A stretch of 64,000 nt of DNA, from contig JBKPAA010000039.1 in the NCBI GenBank assembly GCA_046726215.1, positions 14,619 to 78,618 on the forward strand, read 5' to 3'. Positions 18,448 to 27,171 of this stretch are shown here, one piece after another. Position numbers and translations under genes: made by a program. Source of the DNA: Actinomycetota bacterium (lineage in GTDB: Bacteria; Actinomycetota; Acidimicrobiia; Acidimicrobiales; VFJN01). Position 1 is the first letter of the stretch; every line of letters begins with the position of its first letter. The notes beneath the pieces are model-generated. The model made no database searches. It was not told the DNA's origin and saw only the letters and a list, made by a program, of their open reading frames with translations.

Positions 18448-18563
18448 ACCCGAGGCAACAGCGTCCACGGAGCCACGCCCGAGGTGATGGGTTCCGATCC
18501 CGGAACCGATGGCCTCATCCGCCCGGTGGCGGAACCCGTTGCCTCGGGTGACGCCCGGCGTCC
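18448..18563. repeat. Nested-palindrome intergenic repeat, copy 2
   Basis: Collinear with 4647-4760 (acccgaggcaa...gagg..atgggt.ccg..tcccggaacc.atg.cctc...ggaaccc.ttgcctc.gg.gac.cccggcgtcc). It also lies directly after a plus-strand stop codon. Confidence 0.7.
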
Positions 18564-18594
18564 GTGGCTCCGCACGACCGCTGGTGCGTCGGCG

Positions 18595-19950
18595 ATGGTC
18601 GGCGTCGTGGTGGCGGCCTGGGCGATGATGGCGATCCCCGCCCGCGCCACGTATGGCACCCTCACCACGGCCGACGAGCCGCAGTACCTGCTGACGGCCA
18701 TCAGCCTGTTCGAGGACCGCGACCTCCACATCGACGACGAGCTGGCCGAGGGGCGGTTCGTGCCGTTCCACGAGCTCGACCTGCCGGTCCAGACCGAGTT
18801 GCTGGACGACGGCCGCCAGATCAGCCCCCACGACCCGTTGCTGCCGGCGATCCTCGCCGTCCCCATGGGTCTGGGCGGATGGGCTGCGGCCAAGGCCACG
18901 CTGGCGGCCGTCGGCGGCGTGCTGGCCGGGCTCCTGGTGTGGACCGCGCAGCGGCGCTTCGCCGTGCCACTCGCCGTCGCCGCCGGCACCGTCCTCGTCT
19001 TCGGCCTGACGGCGCCGCTCACGGCGTATGCCACCCAGGTGTATCCCGAACTGCCGGCGGCGTTGGCCGTCACCGCGGCTATCGCATTGCTCACCGGTGG
19101 CCGGGGTCGGGCCGCGCTGGTCGGCTTCGGGCTGGCGGTGACGGCGCTGCCTTGGCTCGGGGTCAAGTACGCGCCGGTGGCCGCCGCGCTGGTGGCGGTG
19201 GCGGTGGCCACGCTCGGGGGCGAGCGCCGCCTGCGGGCGGCCGTCGCGCTGGTGGCGCTCCTCGGGCTGGCCGGGGCCGCCTACCTCTGCGCCCACCGCC
19301 TGCTGTACGGCGGATGGACCGTGTACGCGACCGGCGACCACTTCACCGGCGGCGAGCTCACCGTGATGGGGACGGATCCCGACTACCTGGGACGCACGCA
19401 GCGGCTGGGCGGCCTGCTGCTTGATCGCGGCTTTGGGCTGGCCGCATGGATGCCGGGCTACCTGCTGGCGGTCCCGGCCCTGGCGGTGCTGGCCCGGCGG
19501 CGGCCGGCGGGCTGGTGGACGCTGGTGGCGCCCCTCGCCGCTGGCTGGGCCACGGCGACATGGGTGGCCCTGACCATGCATGGCTGGTGGTGGCCCGGGC
19601 GCCAGGTCGTGGTCGTGGCGCCGTGCCTGGTGCTCGCGATCGCCTGGTGGGCCAGCACCACCCGGGCGGTGCGGGGCGCCCTCGCCGTGGCCGGGGTGTT
19701 CGGGGTCCTGGCCTGGGGCTGGCTGGTAGCCGAGGTCCTCGACCGGCGGCGCACGCTGGTCTTCGACTTCGAGTCCACCGCCAATCCGCTCTACCGGGGG
19801 TGGCGCGTGTTGCTCCCCGACTATCGCCACCCGGCGACTGGGGACTGGGCGCTCCAGGCGGCGTGGTTCGCAGCTCTGGCCGTGGTCGCCGCCGCGGCCG
19901 TGCTGACCCTCAGGCGCTGGCCGAGACCGGCGTGGATGCGTCGACGGTAA
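18595..19950 (+). CDS. Polytopic membrane protein (possibly a GT-C-like glycosyltransferase)
   Basis: ATG 18595 is the first start after the repeat element. There are multiple hydrophobic segments plus an early loop containing EPQYLLTAISLFEDRDLHIDDE. The functional call is weak. Confidence 0.65.
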   Translation: MVGVVVAAWAMMAIPARATYGTLTTADEPQYLLTAISLFEDRDLHIDDELAEGRFVPFHELDLPVQTELLDDGRQISPHDPLLPAILAVPMGLGGWAAAKATLAAVGGVLAGLLVWTAQRRFAVPLAVAAGTVLVFGLTAPLTAYATQVYPELPAALAVTAAIALLTGGRGRAALVGFGLAVTALPWLGVKYAPVAAALVAVAVATLGGERRLRAAVALVALLGLAGAAYLCAHRLLYGGWTVYATGDHFTGGELTVMGTDPDYLGRTQRLGGLLLDRGFGLAAWMPGYLLAVPALAVLARRRPAGWWTLVAPLAAGWATATWVALTMHGWWWPGRQVVVVAPCLVLAIAWWASTTRAVRGALAVAGVFGVLAWGWLVAEVLDRRRTLVFDFESTANPLYRGWRVLLPDYRHPATGDWALQAAWFAALAVVAAAAVLTLRRWPRPAWMRRR

Positions 19951-20632
19951 CCAGGATCCGGGCGCTGGCGAAGGCCCCGATCCCGACGTGGCGACCGTCG
20001 ATCTCCACGGTCGCCGTGCGGTCCGGCGACACGGCCGTGACCACGCCCGAGTGACCGGGCTGCACCGAGGCGCCCTCCAGGAACTCGAGGAGTCCGGGCG
20101 TGAATTCCAGCTCCTCGGGTATGCGCGTCACGGTGAACGCCGAGCCCACCGGCAGGTTGCACAGGGGTACCGCGGCGGGAGCCGCGTACTGCGACCCGGG
20201 GATCGGGTTGCCGTGGGGGCAGGTGGTGGGGTTGTCGAGCAGCCGGTTGATGGCCCACTCCACCGGGTCGGAGATGACGTGCTCCCACTTCCCGGCCTCG
20301 ACGTGGGCGTCGGCCCACGACAGGCCGAGGATGTCGGTGAGCAGGCGTTCCGCCAGCCGGTGGCGTCGAACCACCTGCTCCGCGAGGCGCCGACCGTCCT
20401 GGGTGAGGTTGATGGTCGAGCCGTCGAGCGCCACGAAGCCCTCGACCTGCATGCGCTTGATCATCTCCGACACCGCCGGCCGGGAGACGTTGAGCCGCTC
20501 GGCGATGCGGGCCTGGATGACGTCGACGTCGTCTTCCTTCAGCTCCCAGATCGCCTCGCAGTATTCCTCGAACGCGGGGTGGAACTCGGGAGTCTGATAC
20601 TCGACCACGGCGCCAGCGTACAACTGCGGCAT
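19910..20632 (-). CDS. ideR: DtxR/IdeR-family metal-dependent transcriptional repressor
   Basis: wHTH region IAERLNVSRPAVSEMIKRM, metal-site region RRHRLAERLLTDILGL..HVEAGKWEHV, and a C-terminal SH3-like domain. Confidence 0.9.
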   Translation of the reverse strand: MPQLYAGAVVEYQTPEFHPAFEEYCEAIWELKEDDVDVIQARIAERLNVSRPAVSEMIKRMQVEGFVALDGSTINLTQDGRRLAEQVVRRHRLAERLLTDILGLSWADAHVEAGKWEHVISDPVEWAINRLLDNPTTCPHGNPIPGSQYAAPAAVPLCNLPVGSAFTVTRIPEELEFTPGLLEFLEGASVQPGHSGVVTAVSPDRTATVEIDGRHVGIGAFASARILVTVDASTPVSASA

Positions 20633-20707
20633 CTGCGCCCGACCTGGCGCCCGGACCCAAAACGCGCCACCGGGCCGCCGAAGCGGCCCGATGTCCGAAA
20701 CAGCCAG

Positions 20708-20745
20708 GGGGGCGGGGCGGGCGGGCGGACAGGCACCCCGCCCCC
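20708..20745 (-). terminator. GC-rich hairpin downstream of the 56-aa ORF
   Basis: A 10-bp stem gggggcgggg / ccccgccccc with an 18-nt loop, located between gene 20834-21004 and the ideR start. Confidence 0.4.
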
Positions 20746-20833
20746 AGCTGGCCTGTTACCCCACGCTACCCCATGCCTTCGGTGGACAAACACCGACAGC
20801 AGCAGAAAGTTTGGTCATGACCGAGCGAAGTCG

Positions 20834-21004
20834 TCAGATGATCTCGAGGGTCCGGCGGGAGCGGCCGGTGTGGTGGGAACCGAGGTGTCCGCACCAGCAA
20901 ACCCAGCGGACGGTGAGGCTGTCGCCCGTACGGTCGATGCCGAGGATCCGGCTCGCGCTGAGGAGCACCTCGCTGCCATGCCGGGGGCAATTCACGGTGA
21001 ACAT
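20834..21004 (-). CDS. Small conserved hypothetical protein (56 aa, Cys/His-containing)
   Basis: ATG 21004 is preceded by GGAGGA at suitable spacing. Sequence MFTVNCPRHGSEVLL...WVCWCGHLGSHHTG. Confidence 0.6.
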   Translation of the reverse strand: MFTVNCPRHGSEVLLSASRILGIDRTGDSLTVRWVCWCGHLGSHHTGRSRRTLEII

Positions 21005-21087
21005 GTTCTCATCCTCCATCTGCCGGGCGGAACTGACGAGTGGCAGCGCTGCACATGTTCGAAAGGTTTCTGCCAAACTATCGAAGT

Positions 21088-22110
21088 ATGACCCCAGTTC
21101 AACGCCACAGCGACCGGTTCCGCGAGAGGCGCGAGCAGCAGCCGCACCTCGTCGCCGCGGTGGTCGGCCCCCACGTGGCGGCCTTCGAGCTCGGCGTCGC
21201 CCATGAGGTGTTCGGGCTGGACCGATCCGAGTACGCGGATCCCTGGTACGACTTCCGCGTGGTGGCGGTGTCCGGATCTCCGGTGCCGGTGACCGACGGG
21301 GACTGGTCGATCAACACGCCTTGGACGCTCGAGCACCTCGCCGACGCCGATACGGTCATCGTGCCGACCTGGCCCGACCTCGACGCACCGGCGCCTCCGG
21401 TCCTGCTCGACGAGCTGCGGCGGGTCCACGATCGGGGTGGCCGGCTGGTGAGCGTCTGCTCGGGCGCATTCCTGCTGGCGCAGACCGGCCTCCTCGACGG
21501 CCGGCGGGCGACGACGCACTGGATGTACGCGGGCGACCTCGCTCGCTGCTATCCCGATGTCGACGTCGACCCGAACGTGCTGTTCGTCGATGCCGGCAAC
21601 GGCATCCTCACGTCGGCGGGTACGGCCGCCGGCATCGACTTGTGCCTGCACATCGTGCGGCTCGACCACGGCGCCAACGTGGCCAACAAGGTGGCGCGGC
21701 GCATGGTCGTCCCCCCACAGAGAGACGGGGGGCAGGCGCAGTTCGTCGACGCCCCCGTGCCCGCCACCCCCGACGACGACGTGATCGGCCGCACCATCGA
21801 GTGGGCGGCCGGGCATCTCGACGAGCCGCTGACCGTCGACGACCTGGCGAGGCGGGCGTTGCTCAGCAGCCGCACGTTCGCCCGGCGGTTCCGGGCGGTC
21901 GCGGGGACGACACCCATGCAGTGGCTGTTGCGCCAGCGGGTGCTCCACGCCCAGCGACTGCTCGAGGCCACCGACCTGCCCATCGAGCTCGTCGCCCAGC
22001 AGTGCGGCTTCGGCACCGCCACGTCGTTCCGCACCCATTTCCGGCGCGTCGCGGGCACGTCACCGGCCGCCTACCGGCGGACCTTCCGGCTCGACGTCGT
22101 GGCGTCGTAG
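21088..22110 (+). CDS. GlxA-type transcriptional regulator (DJ-1/PfpI-like domain + AraC HTH)
   Basis: N-terminal GATase1-like region with VSVCSGAFLLAQTGLLDGRRATTHW. C-terminal AraC-type HTH (LTVDDLARRALLSSRTFARRF...FGTATSFRTHFRR). Confidence 0.85.
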   Translation: MTPVQRHSDRFRERREQQPHLVAAVVGPHVAAFELGVAHEVFGLDRSEYADPWYDFRVVAVSGSPVPVTDGDWSINTPWTLEHLADADTVIVPTWPDLDAPAPPVLLDELRRVHDRGGRLVSVCSGAFLLAQTGLLDGRRATTHWMYAGDLARCYPDVDVDPNVLFVDAGNGILTSAGTAAGIDLCLHIVRLDHGANVANKVARRMVVPPQRDGGQAQFVDAPVPATPDDDVIGRTIEWAAGHLDEPLTVDDLARRALLSSRTFARRFRAVAGTTPMQWLLRQRVLHAQRLLEATDLPIELVAQQCGFGTATSFRTHFRRVAGTSPAAYRRTFRLDVVAS

Positions 22111-22206
22111 GCAACCCCCTCGTTATGTTCGCGGGATTGGTCGCTCCGGCAGCCACTTCCGCGAACAAAACGCGGAATGTCCCGTGGTCCCCGACCGTTG
22201 GCCAAT

Positions 22207-22222
22207 TGTGAAGTGATTCACT
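22207..22222. promoter_or_regulatory. CRP/GlxR-like binding-site candidate upstream of ndh
   Basis: TGTGA-agtgat-TCACT matches the TGTGA-N6-TCACA consensus with one mismatch. It ends 23 nt upstream of the ATG at 22245 and is unusually AT-rich for this genome. Confidence 0.4.
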
Positions 22223-22244
22223 AATCCGCCCCGGGAGGTGTCCC

Positions 22245-23561
22245 ATGGGTGTGCGACCGCACGTCGTGATCGTCGGCGCAGGGTTCGGTGGGCTCGCCGC
22301 GGCCCGCGACCTCGAACACGCGCCGGTTGAGGTCACGCTGGTCGACCGCAACAACTTCACGACGTTCCAGCCGCTGCTGTACCAGGTGGCGACCGCCGGC
22401 CTGAACGCCGCCGACGTCGCCCACCCGGTCCGGGGCCTGTTCCACCGGCAGCGGAACCTGCGGGTCCTCATGGGCGAGGTCACGGGCGTCGACTGGGGGC
22501 GGCGCGAGGTCCTGGTGGCGGACGAGCGCCCGGTGCCGTTCGACCATCTGGTGCTGGCCGTGGGTGCCGTGGCCACGTGGTTCGGTGTGCCGGGTGCCGC
22601 CGAGTACGCCGTCCCGCTGTACACGCTCGAAGACGCCGTCGAGGTCCGTAACCACGTCGTGTCGCGCTTCGAAGCGGCCGACGCCGATCCTTCGCTCGTC
22701 GACCAGGGCGAGCTCAACTTCGTGGTAGTCGGCGGCGGCCCAACGGGGGTCGAGATGGCGGGGGCGCTGGCGGAGTTGTTCGCAGTCGTGTTCAAGCGTG
22801 ACTACCCGGCCCTCGGGGTCGCCCGGGCGCGGGTCGTGCTGGTCGAGACCCGGGATCGACTGCTGGAGCCGTTCCACGGTTCGTCCCAGCGGGCGGCGCT
22901 CGACGCCCTGCGGGCGCGGCAGGTCGAGGTCCGCCTCGAGGAGACCGTCGACGAGGTGACGCCCGATCACGTGCGCTTCGCTTCCGGCGAGGTCCTACCG
23001 GCCCGCACCGTGATCTGGGCCGCGGGTGTCCGGGCCCACCCGGTCGCTCGGGCGATGGGGCTCCCGACCACCAATACCGGGCGGGTGCAGGTGGCTGCGG
23101 ACCTGTCCGTGCCCGGCCACGAGGGCGCCTGGGCGGTGGGCGATGTCGCCGCTCCGCATGCCAAGCGGGATCGCGGGGTGCTGCCGCAGCTGGCCCCGGT
23201 GGCGATGCAGTCCGGGGCCCACGTCGCCCGGCAGATCGGGCGCCTGTGCGACGGCAAGCCGACCCAGCCGTTCCGGTTCCGGGACAAGGGCACGATGGCA
23301 ACCATCGGGCGGCGGGCGGCGATCGCCGAGCTGCCGGGCCGCATACGCCTCCACGGCACGCTGGCCTGGCTGGCGTGGCTGGGACTCCACATCCTCTACC
23401 TTGCCGGCGTACGCAATCGGGCGTCGGTCCTGCTCAACTGGGCTTGGGGCTACGTCACGTGGGATCGCGGCCCCCGCATCATCCTCCGGCCGGACTCGAG
23501 GCCAAGCCCGGTAACGGCTACGGAACGTGCAAAAACTGCGCTGGATAGCTCCGGGTCCTGA
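22245..23561 (+). CDS. ndh: Type II NADH dehydrogenase (NDH-2)
   Basis: VVIVGAGFGGLAAA, FQPLLYQVATAGL and a second dinucleotide motif FVVVGGGPTGVEMAGA. SD GGGAGG. Confidence 0.9.
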   Translation: MGVRPHVVIVGAGFGGLAAARDLEHAPVEVTLVDRNNFTTFQPLLYQVATAGLNAADVAHPVRGLFHRQRNLRVLMGEVTGVDWGRREVLVADERPVPFDHLVLAVGAVATWFGVPGAAEYAVPLYTLEDAVEVRNHVVSRFEAADADPSLVDQGELNFVVVGGGPTGVEMAGALAELFAVVFKRDYPALGVARARVVLVETRDRLLEPFHGSSQRAALDALRARQVEVRLEETVDEVTPDHVRFASGEVLPARTVIWAAGVRAHPVARAMGLPTTNTGRVQVAADLSVPGHEGAWAVGDVAAPHAKRDRGVLPQLAPVAMQSGAHVARQIGRLCDGKPTQPFRFRDKGTMATIGRRAAIAELPGRIRLHGTLAWLAWLGLHILYLAGVRNRASVLLNWAWGYVTWDRGPRIILRPDSRPSPVTATERAKTALDSSGS

Positions 23562-23585
23562 CGCCCTGTCAGGTAACTTCCGTCC

Positions 23586-23972
23586 ATGGCCGACAGCGAC
23601 AGCATCAGGACGACCATCGATACCTACATCTCCACCTACTCGGCCACCGACCGTGAGGGATGGCTCGAGTGCTTCGCCGAAGGCGCTTGGATCGAGGATC
23701 CGGTCGGCACGGCGCGCCGGGAAGGGCTCGAGGCCATCGGCGAGTTCTGGGACGAGGCCCACGCCATCCCGGACAACATCGAGCTGAGGCTGGGTGACCT
23801 CCGCATCATCATCGGGCAGGAGGCGGCGTTCACCATGGAGGCCCGGCCCAACCTCGGAGGCGAGACCTACACCTTCGACGTCATCGACCACATGAGCTTC
23901 GACACCGAGGGCAAGATCACCTCCAACCGGGCGTTCTACGACGCCGCCACGATGCGCCCGGCGCGCGACTGA
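23586..23972 (+). CDS. SnoaL/NTF2-like (ketosteroid-isomerase fold) protein
   Basis: 128 aa. The pattern IDTYISTYSATDREGWLECFAEGAWIEDPVG is typical of the SnoaL-like fold. Confidence 0.75.
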   Translation: MADSDSIRTTIDTYISTYSATDREGWLECFAEGAWIEDPVGTARREGLEAIGEFWDEAHAIPDNIELRLGDLRIIIGQEAAFTMEARPNLGGETYTFDVIDHMSFDTEGKITSNRAFYDAATMRPARD

Positions 23973-23977
23973 ACCCG

Positions 23978-24397
23978 TCAGCCGGCGGCGCTGGTGCGGC
24001 CGGGGCGCAGCTCCTTGCGGAGGACCAGACGCAGGCCCGACCACGTGTCGTCGATCGCGCACACCTTGTTGTCGACCATGCCGGTTGGCAGCGCCACCTC
24101 CCGCACGACGTCCTCGGTGATGTCGGTGGGCACTCCCGACGCCCGCTTGGGCCACGCCACCCACAGGCCACCGTCGGTCACCAACGCCTGCATGAGCGTC
24201 GGGAACCGGTGGGCCAGGTCGGCTCGGCGGGTGTGGAACGACACGATCACGTCGCAAGCCCCCTGAGCCCGCCGCCGTACCTCGGCGCCGGCGGGCAGGT
24301 CGTCGATGACGAAGCCGTCGGGCGCGCCGAGCAGTGCCAGGCCGTCGCCCGGTCGGATCCCAAGCTTGCGGGCCAGGGTTCCCGAATAGCCGGCCAT
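23978..24397 (-). CDS. DUF3052-like conserved actinobacterial protein
   Basis: ATG 24397. MAGYSGTLARKLGIRPG...GLWVAWPKRASGVPTDI resembles the family found beside peroxiredoxin genes in mycobacteria. Recalled from memory, not searched. Confidence 0.7.
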   Translation of the reverse strand: MAGYSGTLARKLGIRPGDGLALLGAPDGFVIDDLPAGAEVRRRAQGACDVIVSFHTRRADLAHRFPTLMQALVTDGGLWVAWPKRASGVPTDITEDVVREVALPTGMVDNKVCAIDDTWSGLRLVLRKELRPGRTSAAG

Positions 24398-24477
24398 CGC
24401 CGTCGTCCTAGCACGGCGGCCCTGGTGCCGAGGATCGGGCGCGTCGGCCGGTGCGTTCCGGGCCTCGGCCTGGGCGT

Positions 24478-25113
24478 TCAGGCGCCAGGTTGCCTCACGA
24501 CGCGGAGGTAGGGCTTCATGGCGTCCCACCCCTCGGGGAAGCGCTCCTTGGCCTCCTCGTCGGAGACCGCGGGGATGATGATGACGTCCTCGCCCTGCTT
24601 CCAGTCTGAGGGCGTCGACACCTTGTACTCGGCGGTGAGCTGCAGCGAGTCGATGACCCGGAGCAGCTCGTCGAAGTTGCGGCCGGTGGACTGCGGATAG
24701 GTGAGGGTCAGCTTGACCTTGTTGTCGGGGCCGACGACGAACACCGACCGCACGGTGACCGTGTCGCTCGCCTCGGGATGGATCATGTCGTAGAGGTTGG
24801 ACACCTGCCTGGCGGGATCGGCGATGAGCGGGAAGTTGAGCCGGGAGCCGGTGACGTCCTCGATGTCCTTGCTCCACCCCTCGTGATCGGCCACCCCGTC
24901 GACCGACAGGCCGATCACCTTGACGTTGCGCTTGTCGAATTCGGGCTTGAGCGCCGCCACGCGACCCAGCTCGGTCGTGCAGACGGGGGTGAAGTCCTTG
25001 GGGTGCGAGAACAGCACGGCCCAGCTGTTGCCCTTCCAGTCATAGAAGTTGACCGTGCCCTCGGTGGTCTCGGCGGTGAAGTTGGGGGCGTCGTCGCCCA
25101 GGCGGATCGCCAT
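24478..25113 (-). CDS. 1-Cys peroxiredoxin (Prx6-like, AhpC/TSA family)
   Basis: Peroxidatic motif HPKDFTPVCTTEL; 211 aa; SD GGAGG. Confidence 0.92.
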   Translation of the reverse strand: MAIRLGDDAPNFTAETTEGTVNFYDWKGNSWAVLFSHPKDFTPVCTTELGRVAALKPEFDKRNVKVIGLSVDGVADHEGWSKDIEDVTGSRLNFPLIADPARQVSNLYDMIHPEASDTVTVRSVFVVGPDNKVKLTLTYPQSTGRNFDELLRVIDSLQLTAEYKVSTPSDWKQGEDVIIIPAVSDEEAKERFPEGWDAMKPYLRVVRQPGA

Positions 25114-25188
25114 GCTGCCTCCAGGTCGATTGGGTGCGAAGCGATCCTAACGGCGCGGCCGCAAAATACGACCTTGTCGGTCGGGTTT

Positions 25189-26280
25189 CTACTTGGACCG
25201 TGATGCGTCTTCGCCGATCGACTCGACCGCCGATGCCCTGGCACCCGCCGCGTCCTCGGACGCCTCGTCCGGGCCCGGCTCTCCCGGGGGCGCCAGGCCT
25301 TCCGCCGCCGCGTCGGCGAGGACGGTCCCCGCCGCCAAGGGAGCCGCCTGGTCGCTCGGCAGGCTCGTCCGGAAGATGTCCGGCTCGAGGTACATCACCC
25401 GCGCCGTCGGCACCGCCCGTCGAACGCTGTTCTCGATCCGGTTGACGGCCTCGACGGCGTCGTCCACCGACAGGCCGTGCACCAGTTCGAGCTTCGCGCC
25501 CACCAGCAGCTCGTCGGGCCCGATGTGCTGCGTGCGCATGTGGATCAGCCTGGTCACGCTCGGCTCGATCTCGATCGCCGCGGCGATCCTCTGCTGATCC
25601 GTGAGCGATGCGGCCTCGCCGATCAAGAGGCCCTTCATCTCGACCGCCAGGACGATGGCGATGACGACCAGCAGCACGCCGATGCTGAGGGTGCCGATGC
25701 CGTCCCAGACTGGGTCGTCGGTGACCACCGTCGCCGACACCGCGGCGAGGGCGAAGAGGAGGCCCACCAGCGCGCCGAGATCCTCGAGCAGCACCACCGG
25801 CAGCTCGGGTTGCTTCGAGCGATGGATGAAGCCCCACCAGCTCACGCCCGGCTCTCGGACGCGCCTGGCCTCGACGACGGCGGTGCGCAGCGAGGCGCTC
25901 TCCAACGCGATCGCCACGAGAAGGATGGCGATGGCGATCGATGGCGATTCGAGCTCATGGGGATCCGTGATCTTCGTGACGCCCTCGTAGATGGCGAACA
26001 TGCCACCCAGGCTGAACAGGATGAGGGCCACGACGAACGCCCAGAAGTAACGCTCGCGTCCGTAGCCGAACGGGTGCTCGGCGGTCGGGGCTCGGCGGGA
26101 GCGCTTCTGCCCCAGCAGCAACAGCAGCTGGTTGCCGGAGTCGGCCACCGAGTGCACGCTCTCGGCCAGCATCGACGCCGAGCTGGTCAGCAGGAAGCCC
26201 ACGAACTTGGCGACGGCGATGCCGATGTTGGCGAGCAGCGCGGCCACCACCGCCCGGGTTCCGTGTCCGCTGCCGGCCAT
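25189..26280 (-). CDS. Cation diffusion facilitator (CDF) metal efflux transporter
   Basis: ATG 26280. SASMLAESVHSVADSGNQ and HPFGYGRERYFW motifs, six TM segments and a cytosolic C-terminal domain. Confidence 0.9.
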   Translation of the reverse strand: MAGSGHGTRAVVAALLANIGIAVAKFVGFLLTSSASMLAESVHSVADSGNQLLLLLGQKRSRRAPTAEHPFGYGRERYFWAFVVALILFSLGGMFAIYEGVTKITDPHELESPSIAIAILLVAIALESASLRTAVVEARRVREPGVSWWGFIHRSKQPELPVVLLEDLGALVGLLFALAAVSATVVTDDPVWDGIGTLSIGVLLVVIAIVLAVEMKGLLIGEAASLTDQQRIAAAIEIEPSVTRLIHMRTQHIGPDELLVGAKLELVHGLSVDDAVEAVNRIENSVRRAVPTARVMYLEPDIFRTSLPSDQAAPLAAGTVLADAAAEGLAPPGEPGPDEASEDAAGARASAVESIGEDASRSK

Positions 26281-26433
26281 GTGTGCAGGGTATGAGGTCT
26301 GGTTCCGCGGAGCACGCATGGTCCGGGAGCCGGCGCGGACCAGCCAAGAGGTGCGGCCGGCGGAACCAGACCCCATCGCGGCGCCGCCCGGCGTCACGGG
26401 GCGCGCGACGCCGGCCGGCGGATGGAACGGGTC

Positions 26434-27090
26434 TCAGCAGCGCTGCCGCACTGTGTCGCCGTTCACCAACTTCGTGATCCGCTCGGTGGTCCGGGCCACG
26501 AGGGCGTCGATGACGTCCTGCGGGTCGACGCCGTTGGCCTCGGCCACCTGGGCGATGGTCTGGCCGTCGCGCAACGCCGCCCGCAAGTCCCGCACGTCGA
26601 TGCCGATGGCGTCGGCGGCGGTCTCGAGCGCCACCGCGGCGCGGGGATGGCGGTGGACGTGCCGCTCCAGCTCGCCGTTCACGAGGTCGGCTACCCGCTC
26701 GGGCAGGTCGGCCTTCCGTTCGTCGGCCGCGGCCCGGTCGATCCGGCCGGCGGCGACCGCCGCGTCCAGGCGCTCGCTGCCGTTGGCGACCAGCACGTCG
26801 ACGACCCGCTGGGGGTCGACATGGTTGGCCTCGGCGATCTCGGCGAGGGTCTGGCCGTCCCGGAGCGCGGTGCGCAGGTCATCGCTGGAGATTCCGAGCG
26901 CATCGGCCACGTCGGCGAAGCCTTCCCGGCACGGGGCCGCGGACGCGACCGCCCTCCCCGACGCCACGCCCGCCGCCGTGCTCGTTGACGGGCCTGCGGA
27001 TGCCGGCCCCAGCAGCAGTGCGCCGCCGAGACCACCGGCGAGGGCGGTGGCGGCGAGAGTCGTCACCGCGATCGGTCGGGAGATCCTCAT
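26434..27090 (-). CDS. Secreted protein with an internally duplicated helical module
   Basis: Signal peptide, SD GGAGGA. Two copies of the module (A)LGI..DLR.ALRDGQT.A..AEANGVDPQ.V.D.LVA. Third gene of the RR-HK operon. Confidence 0.75.
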   Translation of the reverse strand: MRISRPIAVTTLAATALAGGLGGALLLGPASAGPSTSTAAGVASGRAVASAAPCREGFADVADALGISSDDLRTALRDGQTLAEIAEANHVDPQRVVDVLVANGSERLDAAVAAGRIDRAAADERKADLPERVADLVNGELERHVHRHPRAAVALETAADAIGIDVRDLRAALRDGQTIAQVAEANGVDPQDVIDALVARTTERITKLVNGDTVRQRC

Positions 27091-27171
27091 GGTTCCTCCG
27101 GCTTGATTGGAGATGTCTCGGCACAGACCATCGCCGCCGTATCTCGGCGGCGGCTCACGTCGACCTGGGAA

